A DNA stretch of 64,000 nt from Phycisphaerales bacterium (GTDB lineage Bacteria > Planctomycetota > Phycisphaerae > Phycisphaerales > UBA1924): contig JBHIWH010000006.1 of the NCBI GenBank assembly GCA_041987545.1, forward strand, positions 100,078 to 164,077, read 5' to 3'. The position numbers and the translations under genes were made by a program. Of this stretch, positions 53,901 through 61,464 are shown piece by piece. Below the pieces are notes generated by a model that was not told where the DNA came from, made no database searches, and saw only the letters and a list, made by a program, of their open reading frames with translations. Each line of letters opens with the position of its first letter. Positions within the stretch are counted from its first letter, which is position 1.

Positions 53901-54118
53901 CGCTCGCGACCTCCAAGCTCCGCGAGCTGCAGCGGAAGATCGACGCGACGCTCGACGGCGGGGCCCAGCGTCTCGACGACTACACCCGGGCGCACCTCGA
54001 GGAGTCCAGCGTCCGAATCGCCAAGGCCCTCGATGCCCAGTACATCTACAACCTGCCCGAGATGCCCAACCTGAGCGGGCTGCAGCTGCTCATCGGGCGC
54101 GACGGCGGCGAGGACTGA
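50948..54118 (+). CDS. large secreted zinc-dependent metalloprotease (DUF4953/DUF5117-type)
   Basis: A signal-like N-terminus and HEVGHCLGLRHNFKGSS (HExxH plus a downstream motif) are present, along with WAIEYGY. There is an acidic insert just upstream of the HExxH. The start was set at MAGLSEHARKN. Confidence 0.85.
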   Translation: MAGLSEHARKNPLLIAGVVGTLVGLAPTAAVAVEPPADETTTQPADGNENLEIDLGAIQAMMGGSRPAPQKKQDFKPWKEVSQGFTQVNASGDGGSYYGIWVNKKEQQMLAELPRGFERHKQFFAMTVAGGEIFAGLQAGDMYVYWKRYDDKLALIAPQISVRSTGDQESKDSVDMIFTDRVVLSVPIVAMGPNGQPVIDMDGLLVGQASKFFGGSARGLQSGLSTIEEAKVFPQNIELAFKAPVSNGAFKTFHYSISQIRGTPGYRPRVADERVGYFTTSYRDLGKLERHEVPVRYINRWNLEKRDAKLKKSPPKEPIVWYVEHTAPVRYRRYIREGIEYWNKAFENVGIVDAVEVRFQDKTTGAHMDKDPEDVRYNFIRWLSNDVSTAIGPSRVNPMTGEILDADVVLTDGWMRVYQYWWKELMPQLATEGYSPQLLAWLEKNPTWDPRVRMADPGEREVMLAERARRGVLAYGGHPAAQADPTLIGDDEYDGLYGRTSQVAGTCHAAGGKALGLAQIRMHLELAASLDAERLKAEAAADAAADADQPEITPEMIEMIKKQLEQNPELKAMIPPEYRALLEAEMAEPEEPEEEGDGEAEAEDETSDEDVVAEDTIDGLPESFIGPMLAELVAHEVGHCLGLRHNFKGSSRYSLDEINSEDMKGKKPWSTTVMDYNPVNIRVADYGDVQGDWAVIDIGPYDMWAIEYGYTLDKPEKVLERVADPDLQYGTDEDTWGPDPLARRYDMSADPLDYAKNQMALARTHRGQLLDKFVKDGESWSRARRGYLITLSQQTQALSMMSNWVGGAHVYRDKKGDPDGRPPIDVVGVETQREALDFVIENAFYDDAFGVTPELLNHMTVDKWWDDDGWAAIFEDPTFRINDRILAIQASTLTNLLNPMTLGRVLDNESFIPSDEDAVTLPEVMNKVTTAAWDEIDGSSTKRYTNRNPMISSLRRNLQREHLQRLIDLSMQSDGYVAAQKPIATLATSKLRELQRKIDATLDGGAQRLDDYTRAHLEESSVRIAKALDAQYIYNLPEMPNLSGLQLLIGRDGGED

Positions 54119-54153
54119 GCCGCCGCCGCCTCGGCGTGATCTGATCCCCCTTC

Positions 54154-54180
54154 GGGCGGGCCTCCGGGCCCGCCCGTTTT
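54154..54180 (+). terminator. rho-independent terminator after the metalloprotease gene
   Basis: A perfect 9-bp stem gggcgggcc / ggcccgccc with loop tccg is followed by g-tttt. Confidence 0.6.
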
Positions 54181-54204
54181 CGTGCGCGGCGGTAGCATCG
54201 GGGC

Positions 54205-55002
54205 ATGACCGACGCCGCGGGCGACAGACCGACGATCCGGGTGCTCAGCCACCTGGCCCGCTCGGGCGGGACGATGATCTCGCGCTGCCTGGGCTCGATG
54301 AAGGGCGTCGCGCTGCTCTCGGAGGTGCACCCCCGGGCGCTGCAGGTCACGAGGCCCGCCAGGCAGGCGCGCGAGTGGCTCGGGCTGATCTCCAGCCAAG
54401 AGCAGGCCCGGTTCGAGAGGCCCGGGGCGCCGTTCCTGGAGTTCGTCTCGCTCGTTGAGGAGCGGGCCCGCCAGCGCGGCAAGACATTGGTCCTGCGGGA
54501 CTGGTCCCACATCGACTACATCGGTTCGCCCTACGCGGCGCCCACGGGGCGGCCCGGGCTGGCCGCGGCGCTCGCGCCGGCCTTCGACGCGGTCCGCACC
54601 GCGAGCGTGCGGCACCCCCTGGACCAGTGGCTGAGCCTCAACGACCTGGACGTCATCCGGGGCAACGTGACCGAGGAGGCGTACCTGAAGGGCGCCCGTC
54701 ACTTTGGCGAAGAGGCGGCCCGCCTCGGGTTCGTCCGCTTCGAAGATCTGACGCGAGACCCGGACGCGACGCTGCGGACGCTGTGCGAGCGGCTGGGCAT
54801 CGAGTTCGATCCGGGGTACAGGTCGAGCTGGTTCGCGTTCGAGAGGGTGACGGGGGACCGGAAGGAGTTCTCCAGCCGCGGCAGCGGGCGGCGGGAGATC
54901 AGGCCCCTGGCCAGGCGCGAGGCGGACCCGGCGCTGGTCGAGCGGTTCCGGGCCAGCGCCGATTACGTCGCGGCGTGCGAGAGCCTCGGGTACGAGCCCT
55001 AA
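54205..55002 (+). CDS. putative sulfotransferase family protein (divergent)
   Basis: The N-terminal P-loop-like segment LSHLARSGGTMISRCL resembles a PAPS 5'-phosphosulfate-binding loop. It lies next to two clear sulfotransferases. The stop codon overlaps the convergent gene's stop. Confidence 0.5.
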   Translation: MTDAAGDRPTIRVLSHLARSGGTMISRCLGSMKGVALLSEVHPRALQVTRPARQAREWLGLISSQEQARFERPGAPFLEFVSLVEERARQRGKTLVLRDWSHIDYIGSPYAAPTGRPGLAAALAPAFDAVRTASVRHPLDQWLSLNDLDVIRGNVTEEAYLKGARHFGEEAARLGFVRFEDLTRDPDATLRTLCERLGIEFDPGYRSSWFAFERVTGDRKEFSSRGSGRREIRPLARREADPALVERFRASADYVAACESLGYEP

Positions 55003-55769
55003 GCGCTGGATCTGGTCGCGTAGCCGTGGCGGGCGAGCGCATCGGCGAAGGCGGCGTCGAACGCGGCGTCCAGGCCCGGGGCGATGGCCTGGTCGAGCGA
55101 GCGGCCCGAGCGGCCTTCATTGAAGAACAGCGCGTCGGTCGAGTAGCCGGCCTCGCGGCGGCGGCGGACCTCGGCCTCGCGGAGGACGCCGAAGGCCGAC
55201 GTCTCGACCGCTCGCTCGATCAGCGCGTCGGCGACCGGGCGCTCGAGGAAGTCGAGCACGCGGGCGAGCTGGGCCGCCGCGTCCTGCTCCAGGTCCTCGT
55301 AGCGGACGGTGAGCACGGGGAACGAGGTCTCGCCGGTCCAGGACTCGACGTTGTCGGCCCAGGCGCCGACGGGCCCGGGCGCCCACTCGGGGTCCCCGCC
55401 GTTCTCGATGAACGCCCGGGCGTACTGCTCGTCGGTCATGGCGCGGACGGCGGTGTCGGACTCGCCCCCGCCCTCGCGGTGCACGCGGTAGCTGAGGTTG
55501 CTCAGCAGCACGTCCCGCGGGTCGCGGACGACGTAGACGCCCTTGCTGGTGAACGCGCGCATCGGGTGGGCGTCGTTCATCTTCAGGTGGCTCTTGAGCA
55601 GATCGACGCGGCCCGGGGTCGGGCGCCAGGTCCTGGCGACGCGGAGCACGTAGGGGATGCGCTCGAGGAAGACGCTCAGGTCGTCGGCGGGCTCGTAGAG
55701 CGCGTTGTGGACGAGGAACAGCACCCAGGTGTTGCCGCTCTTGGGATATGAGGCGATCCAGTCGATCAT
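54999..55769 (-). CDS. sulfotransferase domain protein (Sulfotransfer_1 type)
   Basis: The N-terminal PAPS-binding loop is IASYPKSGNTWV. The 3'-phosphate-binding region is YVVRDPRDVLLS. Confidence 0.85.
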   Translation of the reverse strand: MIDWIASYPKSGNTWVLFLVHNALYEPADDLSVFLERIPYVLRVARTWRPTPGRVDLLKSHLKMNDAHPMRAFTSKGVYVVRDPRDVLLSNLSYRVHREGGGESDTAVRAMTDEQYARAFIENGGDPEWAPGPVGAWADNVESWTGETSFPVLTVRYEDLEQDAAAQLARVLDFLERPVADALIERAVETSAFGVLREAEVRRRREAGYSTDALFFNEGRSGRSLDQAIAPGLDAAFDAAFADALARHGYATRSSA

Positions 55770-55793
55770 GTGTGCGCGCCGCGGGCCGAGGAC

Positions 55794-56585
55794 TCAGCGG
55801 CGATCGTAGCCGTGGCGGGCGAGGGCCTGGCCCCAGGCGGTATCCATCGCGGCGTCGAGGCCGGGGGCGATCGCCTCGTCGAGCGACTGGCCCGATCGGC
55901 CCTTGTTCATGAAGAAGACGCCCTTGCGGGAGGTGCGTGTATCGCCCAGGAACAGGCCGTCCTTCTTCTTGGCGTCCGCCTTCTCTCGGATCTCGATGGC
56001 GCGGAGGCGGTCGAAGTCCGAGGCCTCGACGGCCCTGGCCAGGGCGTCGTCGGCGACGTCGAGGCCCAGGAACTCGACGGCCGATCGCATCGTCGCCGGC
56101 GTGTCCCGCTTGAGGTCCTCGTACCGGATCGTCATGACGGGGAAGGCGTCGGCGCCGGCCCAGGAGTCGGCGTGCGAGGCCCAGGTTCCCATCTTCTGGC
56201 GGAGCCAGGTCGTGTCGCCCCCGGCGCGGATGAACTGCTCGGCGTAGGCGCGGTCGGACAGCTGCTCGGGCGTGACGCCGTTGAGGCGCCGGTAGTTGAG
56301 CGCGCTGAGCAGGACGTCCCGCGGATCACGGATGATGTGCAGGGCGCGGGCGGTCCGGTCGAGCATCGGGTGCGCGGCGTCGAGCTGGTAGTGGGTCTTG
56401 GCAAGGATCGTCCCGTCGTCGTCGGCGGTCTCCAGCGCGTCGCCCTTCATGCGGCGGTGGACGTCGGGGATGCGCCGGTTAACGTCGAGGGACTCGCGGG
56501 GCTCGCCGAAGAGGCAGTGGTGGAGGATGAAGCGGACCCAGGTGTTGCCGCTCTTGGGATACGAGGCGAGCCAGGCGATGGGCAT
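55794..56585 (-). CDS. sulfotransferase domain protein (Sulfotransfer_1 type), paralogue of the 54999-55769 product
   Basis: LASYPKSGNTWVRF and HIIRDPRDVLLSA are present. The C-terminal end (ARHGY) is shared with its neighbour. Confidence 0.85.
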   Translation of the reverse strand: MPIAWLASYPKSGNTWVRFILHHCLFGEPRESLDVNRRIPDVHRRMKGDALETADDDGTILAKTHYQLDAAHPMLDRTARALHIIRDPRDVLLSALNYRRLNGVTPEQLSDRAYAEQFIRAGGDTTWLRQKMGTWASHADSWAGADAFPVMTIRYEDLKRDTPATMRSAVEFLGLDVADDALARAVEASDFDRLRAIEIREKADAKKKDGLFLGDTRTSRKGVFFMNKGRSGQSLDEAIAPGLDAAMDTAWGQALARHGYDRR

Positions 56586-56594
56586 GGCGGGCTC

Positions 56595-58382
56595 CTAGCG
56601 CTCCGGCGCGCACGCGTCGCGCCAGAGTGAGGTGTAGGCGTCCTCCAGAGCGCGGGCGAACGCGGGGGCGTCGCACAGGCGCGAGCGGGCCATGGTGGAC
56701 CGAAGACCTTCGCGGACCGAGGCGAGGTGGTCGGGGTCGCCGACCAGCCTGATGGCCCTGGCGACGTAGTCGTCGGGCGAGTCGGCGATGAACCCGTCGA
56801 GGCCCAGGGCCGCGTTCAGGCTCACGCCGACGCGGCCCGCGTGCATCACGCCCGCGAGGGTGAGCGTGGGCACGCCCATCCAGGCGGCCTCGCACGTGGT
56901 CGTCGTGCCGTGGTACGGGAACGTGTCTAGGGCCAGATCGATCCGGTCGTACACGGCCAGGTGTGCCGCGATCGACGGGACACGCGGGATCACCTCGACG
57001 CGTTCCTCGGCGACACCCCGCTCGGCGAGCATGGACAGGACTCGTGCGCGCAGCGCGGGCGTGTCGAAGCCCTTGTTCTTCAGGACGAGCCTCGCGTCCG
57101 GGATCGCGCTCATGATGGCGGCCCACATGTCCAGCGTCGGGGGCGAGAGCTTCTTGAGGTCGTTGAACGAGCCGAGCGTGGCGTGGCCGGCCGTGCGCAT
57201 GGGCAGGGGGCTCGTCGCGTCCCCCTCGCCCGGGGCGCCGGGGGGCGGGGCGTAGCTCAGGAAGCAGTGGGGCAGGCGGACCAGCGACTCGGTCGCGAGG
57301 CGGTCGGCGCCGGGCGGGTCCGTCCGCTCGTCCACGAACCGCGCGTCGATACGCGTCAGGCCCGTTGTGTTCGGGTAACCCAGGTAGGTCCCCTGGACGG
57401 GCGCGGGCCTGAGCGCCATGACGCCGAGGCGGTGCCCCGAGAAATGCCCGGAGAGCTCGACGAGGACGTCGATGCGGTCCTTGCGGATGCGGTCGGCCAG
57501 CGCGACGTCGTCCAGGTCCGCCGCGTCACGCCAGAGGTCGGACAGCGACTGCAACCTTTCGGTCATGTCGTCCGGAGCGGCGGTGGTCGAGTAGCAGCAG
57601 GTCTCCACGCGGTCCCGGTCGTGAGCCTCCAGGATCGTCTGGAAGAAGTACGCGACCGAGTGGTGGCGCATGTCGCGTGAGAGGTAGCCGACGCGGAGGC
57701 GGCGGTCCGGGTCGGGGTCGGCCAGGCGGGGCGCGGGCGCGCGGACGGATCGCTCGAGCAGCTCGCCGAAGCGCTTGTGGGCCTGGAAGACCTGCTCGGG
57801 CGTGGCCCGGTGGTCGTAGTTGAGGGCCATCGCGAGTGTGTCCCAAGCGAGGACGTGCGTCGGGTCCAGCCGCGTCGCCTCGCGGAGGGCGTCGACGCCC
57901 AGCTCGGCCTCGCCGCGGTCCAGGTGCAGCAGGCCCAGGTTCACGCGGGACTCGGTGTGGTCCGGGCGGAGCTCGACGGCGCGGCGGGCGGCGGCGAGCG
58001 CGTCGTCCAGGCGCCCGGTGTTCTGCAGGCAGGCGCCCAGCGACATGTGCGCGTCGGCGAGGGCCGGGTCCATCTCGATCGCCCGCTCGAGGGCGGCGAT
58101 CGCGTCCCCGGACTCGCCCCGCAGGTGGTGGAGCTTGCCGAGGGTCGCCAGCGCGTCGGCCCGGTCGGGGGCGGCCTTGGTGGCGCGCTGGGCGAAGTAC
58201 AGGCCCTGGTCGTACTGGCGGAGCTGGGCGCACAGGAGCGCGCCCATGCGGTTGGCGTCCGCGTCGGCCGGGGACTTGCTCAGGTGGCGGCGGACCAGGG
58301 CCAGCGCCTGCTCGGGCTTGCCGGCCCGCTGCAGCTCGACCGCCTGCTGGAGTCTCGGGTTTGGGCCGGCGGGGGCGGTCAC
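56595..58382 (-). CDS. TPR-repeat protein with a C-terminal GT41-like (SPINDLY/O-GlcNAc-transferase-type) glycosyltransferase domain
   Basis: N-terminal TPRs (AEQ/ALxxxP repeats) are present. The C-terminal part LRVGYLSRDMRHHSVAYF...LGSFNDLKKL...FPYHGTTTTCEAAWMGVPTLTL is typical of bacterial SPY/GT41 enzymes. GTG start 58382. Confidence 0.75.
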   Translation of the reverse strand: MTAPAGPNPRLQQAVELQRAGKPEQALALVRRHLSKSPADADANRMGALLCAQLRQYDQGLYFAQRATKAAPDRADALATLGKLHHLRGESGDAIAALERAIEMDPALADAHMSLGACLQNTGRLDDALAAARRAVELRPDHTESRVNLGLLHLDRGEAELGVDALREATRLDPTHVLAWDTLAMALNYDHRATPEQVFQAHKRFGELLERSVRAPAPRLADPDPDRRLRVGYLSRDMRHHSVAYFFQTILEAHDRDRVETCCYSTTAAPDDMTERLQSLSDLWRDAADLDDVALADRIRKDRIDVLVELSGHFSGHRLGVMALRPAPVQGTYLGYPNTTGLTRIDARFVDERTDPPGADRLATESLVRLPHCFLSYAPPPGAPGEGDATSPLPMRTAGHATLGSFNDLKKLSPPTLDMWAAIMSAIPDARLVLKNKGFDTPALRARVLSMLAERGVAEERVEVIPRVPSIAAHLAVYDRIDLALDTFPYHGTTTTCEAAWMGVPTLTLAGVMHAGRVGVSLNAALGLDGFIADSPDDYVARAIRLVGDPDHLASVREGLRSTMARSRLCDAPAFARALEDAYTSLWRDACAPER

Positions 58383-58399
58383 GGCGGGATCGTACGGGC

Positions 58400-60175
58400 T
58401 CAGGCCTTCGCGCACGCGTCGCGCCAGATCGCGCGGAGCGCCGACGCGAACGCCGCGGCGTGGGCCGCCCGGTCCATCAGGGGCGAGGACCGCATCGACT
58501 CGCGCAGGCCGACGCGGCGGGCCCGGAGGTCGCCCGGGTCGGCGGCCAGGCGGGCGGCGGTCTCGACGAACGCCTCGGGCGTGTCGGCGACGAGGTCGTC
58601 CAGGCCCAGGGCGGCGTTGATCGACGCGCCGACGCGAGAGGCGTGCCGCTCGCCCACGAGCGTGAGCGTGGGCACGCCCATCCAGGCGGCCTCGCAGGTG
58701 GTCGTCGTGCCGTGGTACGGGAACGTGTCGAGCGCGAGGTCGGCCCGGTGGTAATGAGCCAGGTGCTCGGCGACGCCCTTGACGTGCCCGACGAGCTCGA
58801 AGGAGTTCGGCGCGGCGCCGCGGGTGGTGAGTTCCTGCTCGATGTGCGTCCGCGTCGCCTCCTCCCCCGCGCCCGGGTGCTTGAGCAGCAGCGACGAGCC
58901 CGGGGCGGCGGCGAGCGCGCGGGCCCAGAGGTCGAGCGTCGTCGGGTTGATCTTCTGGACGGTGTTGAAGGAGACGAAGACGAACGGGGCGCCCTCGCCT
59001 CGGGGCTGCACGTCGGGCGCGCGCGGGTCGGGCTCGTAGCAGAGGAAGCAGCCGGGCAGTCGGACGAGCGGCTCGGTCGCCAGCGGCTCGGACCCTGGAG
59101 GATCGGTGATCGCGTCCACGACGCGGGCGTCGAAGCGGGAGAGGCCCAGCGTGTTGGGATAGGACAGGTAGGTGACGAGCACGGGCGAGGGGCGGGCGGC
59201 GAGCAGGGACAGGCGGGCGCCGACGCCCAGGCCCATCAGCTCGACGAGGACGTCGCACTTGTCGCGGCGGATCGTGTCCAGGAGCGGCTTGCCCGTCGCG
59301 CTCGACAGGTCGCGCCAGACGTCGGAGGCGTCGCGGATGCGGTCGGTGTAGTCGTCGCGGATGGAGCCGAGGGAGTAGGTGACGGTCTCGACCGGGTGGT
59401 CGTGGAGGCCGAGGAGCAGGGGCTCGAGGAAGTAGGAGATGGAGTGGCGGTAGAGCTCGCGTGCGACGAAGCCGACTCGGAGTGGGCGGTCCGGATCTGG
59501 ATCGGTGATGCGCGTGCCCAGGTCGGGGGTGGCGCGTTCGAGGGCGCGGCCGAAGGCGGCGTGGGCGGCGGTGACTTGGCTTGCCGAGGGGCGGTCGTCG
59601 TAGTTGAGGACGGAGGCGGCGGCGGCGAGCACGCCCGGGTCGGTCGGGTGCGCGCGGGCGAGATTCCCGAGCAGGTCGGCCGCCTCGCGGGGGCGGGCGG
59701 ACTGGAGCAGGGCGCCGACGAGTGTCAGTGTTCGGCTCGGTGTGTTCGGGTCGAGCTCGAGCGCTCGGCGTGAGGCGTCGAGCGCGGCTTCCGGCTTGCC
59801 AGCCGCGCCCAGGCAGGAGGCGAAGGTCGCCAGTGCGTCGGGCGAGTCGGGGGCGAGCCCTGCCGCGCGCTCGGCGCGCTCGACCGCCTCGTCGGGTCGC
59901 TTGAGCGCGCGGAGGGCCCGGGCGGCGAAAGCGAGGGACTCGGCGTCGTCGCCGGCGCGCTCGGCGGCGAACAGCGCCTGCTCGCTCTCGCCCGTCGACA
60001 GCAGGGACTCGGCGAGCAGGCGGTTGAGCGCGGGGTCGGCGGGCGCCTTCTTGAGGGCGCGTCTGGCCTGGGCGATCGCCTCGGCGTGGCGGCCCTCCTT
60101 GACGAGGGCGGCGACGCGGTCGGCGGCGGTGGCGCCGGGGCCGGGGCCAGAGCGTGGATTCGGGCCGCGTGCCAT
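58400..60175 (-). CDS. TPR-repeat protein with a C-terminal GT41-like glycosyltransferase domain (tandem paralogue)
   Basis: The architecture matches the 56595-58382 product: LRVGFVARELYRHSISYF...FVSFNTVQKI...FPYHGTTTTCEAAWMGVPTLTL. The start was set at MARGPNP (60175). Confidence 0.75.
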   Translation of the reverse strand: MARGPNPRSGPGPGATAADRVAALVKEGRHAEAIAQARRALKKAPADPALNRLLAESLLSTGESEQALFAAERAGDDAESLAFAARALRALKRPDEAVERAERAAGLAPDSPDALATFASCLGAAGKPEAALDASRRALELDPNTPSRTLTLVGALLQSARPREAADLLGNLARAHPTDPGVLAAAASVLNYDDRPSASQVTAAHAAFGRALERATPDLGTRITDPDPDRPLRVGFVARELYRHSISYFLEPLLLGLHDHPVETVTYSLGSIRDDYTDRIRDASDVWRDLSSATGKPLLDTIRRDKCDVLVELMGLGVGARLSLLAARPSPVLVTYLSYPNTLGLSRFDARVVDAITDPPGSEPLATEPLVRLPGCFLCYEPDPRAPDVQPRGEGAPFVFVSFNTVQKINPTTLDLWARALAAAPGSSLLLKHPGAGEEATRTHIEQELTTRGAAPNSFELVGHVKGVAEHLAHYHRADLALDTFPYHGTTTTCEAAWMGVPTLTLVGERHASRVGASINAALGLDDLVADTPEAFVETAARLAADPGDLRARRVGLRESMRSSPLMDRAAHAAAFASALRAIWRDACAKA

Positions 60176-60195
60176 CGACGGGGACTGTACTTGCT

Positions 60196-61419
60196 CTAGG
60201 CCTCGACGAGGCGGCGGGAGACGAACTCGCGCGCCTCGGCGTCGGCGTCGAGGGCGTCGGCGACGGTGCGGAGCCCGCGGGTCTGGATCTCGTCCAGGGC
60301 GGCGAGCGTCAGCTCGGCGATCACGCCGAAGGGCAGGTCGGCGCCCTCGGCCAGGAACGCGGCGACGGCGGCCTCGTTGGCGGCGTTGAAGACCGCGCCC
60401 GAAGTCCCGCCCCGCTCGATGACCCGCTTCGCGCACGCGAGGGCGGGGAACCGGACCGGGTCGGGCGATTCGAAGTCGAGCGTGCCGACCGAGGCCAGGT
60501 CGAGTCGCGGCGCCGGCGCCGGAGCGCGGTTCGGGTGCGTGATCGCGAGCTGGATGGCGGTGCGCATGTCGGTCGTGCCGAGCTGGGCGAGGCTGGAGGC
60601 GTCGTCGAACTCGACGAGCGAGTGGACGATCGACTGCGGGTGGACGAGCACGTCGAGCTTGTCCGCGGGCATCGCGAACAGCCAGTGCGCCTCGAGCAGC
60701 TCGAAGGCCTTGTTGGTGAGGCTGGCGCAGTCGATGGTGATCTTCGGGCCCATGTCCCAGGTCGGGTGGGCGAGGGCCTGCTCGCGGGTGGCGCGTGCGA
60801 TCCTGCCCGCGTCCCAGCCGCGGAAGGGGCCGCCCGAGGCGGTGAGCACGAGCCGGCGGACGCCCGCGGGCGGGGCGGCGAGGGGCGGGACGAACGTGTC
60901 GCCCACACCAGCGCCGGCCAGGCACTGCCAGATCGCCGAGTGCTCGGAGTCGATGGGGAGCAGGGCGGCGTTGTGGTCGCGCGCGGCCCGCGTGACGAGT
61001 TCGCCCGCGGCGACGAGGGGTTCTTTGTTCGCGAGCGCGACGTCGATGCCGCGGCTCAGGGCGGCGAGCGTGGGCGCCATGCCCGCGACGCCGACCATGG
61101 CCGACACGACCAGGTCGGTCTCGGGATTCAGGTCGAGGTCGGTCACGAGGGACTCGGCGGCGTCGTCGCCCCGGACGCAGTCGAGGTTCGTCTCGGTCTC
61201 GGCGTCGGCCAGCGCGAGGCGGCGGACGCCGAAGCGGGACGCTTGCTCGGCGAGGACGTCGGCGCGCCGGCCTGCGGCGAGGGCGAGGACCTCGTACCTG
61301 GTGGGCCAGCGGCCCGCCTCGTGCAGCGCGTTGAGGCGCCCGACGACGTCGAGGGTCTGCGAGCCGATCGAACCGGTCGAGCCGAGGATGACGAGGCGGC
61401 GTGTGTCTGTCTGGGTCAT
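60196..61419 (-). CDS. dxr: 1-deoxy-D-xylulose-5-phosphate reductoisomerase
   Basis: LVILGSTGSIGSQTLDVV, ALANKEPLV, IDSEHSAIWQC and HPTWDMGPKITIDCASLTNKAFE are present. ATG 61419 was chosen; an in-frame GTG at 61431 is an alternative. Confidence 0.92.
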   Translation of the reverse strand: MTQTDTRRLVILGSTGSIGSQTLDVVGRLNALHEAGRWPTRYEVLALAAGRRADVLAEQASRFGVRRLALADAETETNLDCVRGDDAAESLVTDLDLNPETDLVVSAMVGVAGMAPTLAALSRGIDVALANKEPLVAAGELVTRAARDHNAALLPIDSEHSAIWQCLAGAGVGDTFVPPLAAPPAGVRRLVLTASGGPFRGWDAGRIARATREQALAHPTWDMGPKITIDCASLTNKAFELLEAHWLFAMPADKLDVLVHPQSIVHSLVEFDDASSLAQLGTTDMRTAIQLAITHPNRAPAPAPRLDLASVGTLDFESPDPVRFPALACAKRVIERGGTSGAVFNAANEAAVAAFLAEGADLPFGVIAELTLAALDEIQTRGLRTVADALDADAEAREFVSRRLVEA

Positions 61420-61464
61420 CGCGCGGCTCACGTGCCCCGGGCGGAACTTCGGTGACGCGGCGTG

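Noticed and set aside
49499-53995. A 1498-aa minus-strand ORF antisense to the UbiA-family and metalloprotease genes.
   Set aside because: The reason is the same as above: low-complexity R/P/G/V/D composition and no recognisable domain. The opposite strand carries HEVGHCLGLRHNF and NDLMDAAAD motifs in well-behaved frames.
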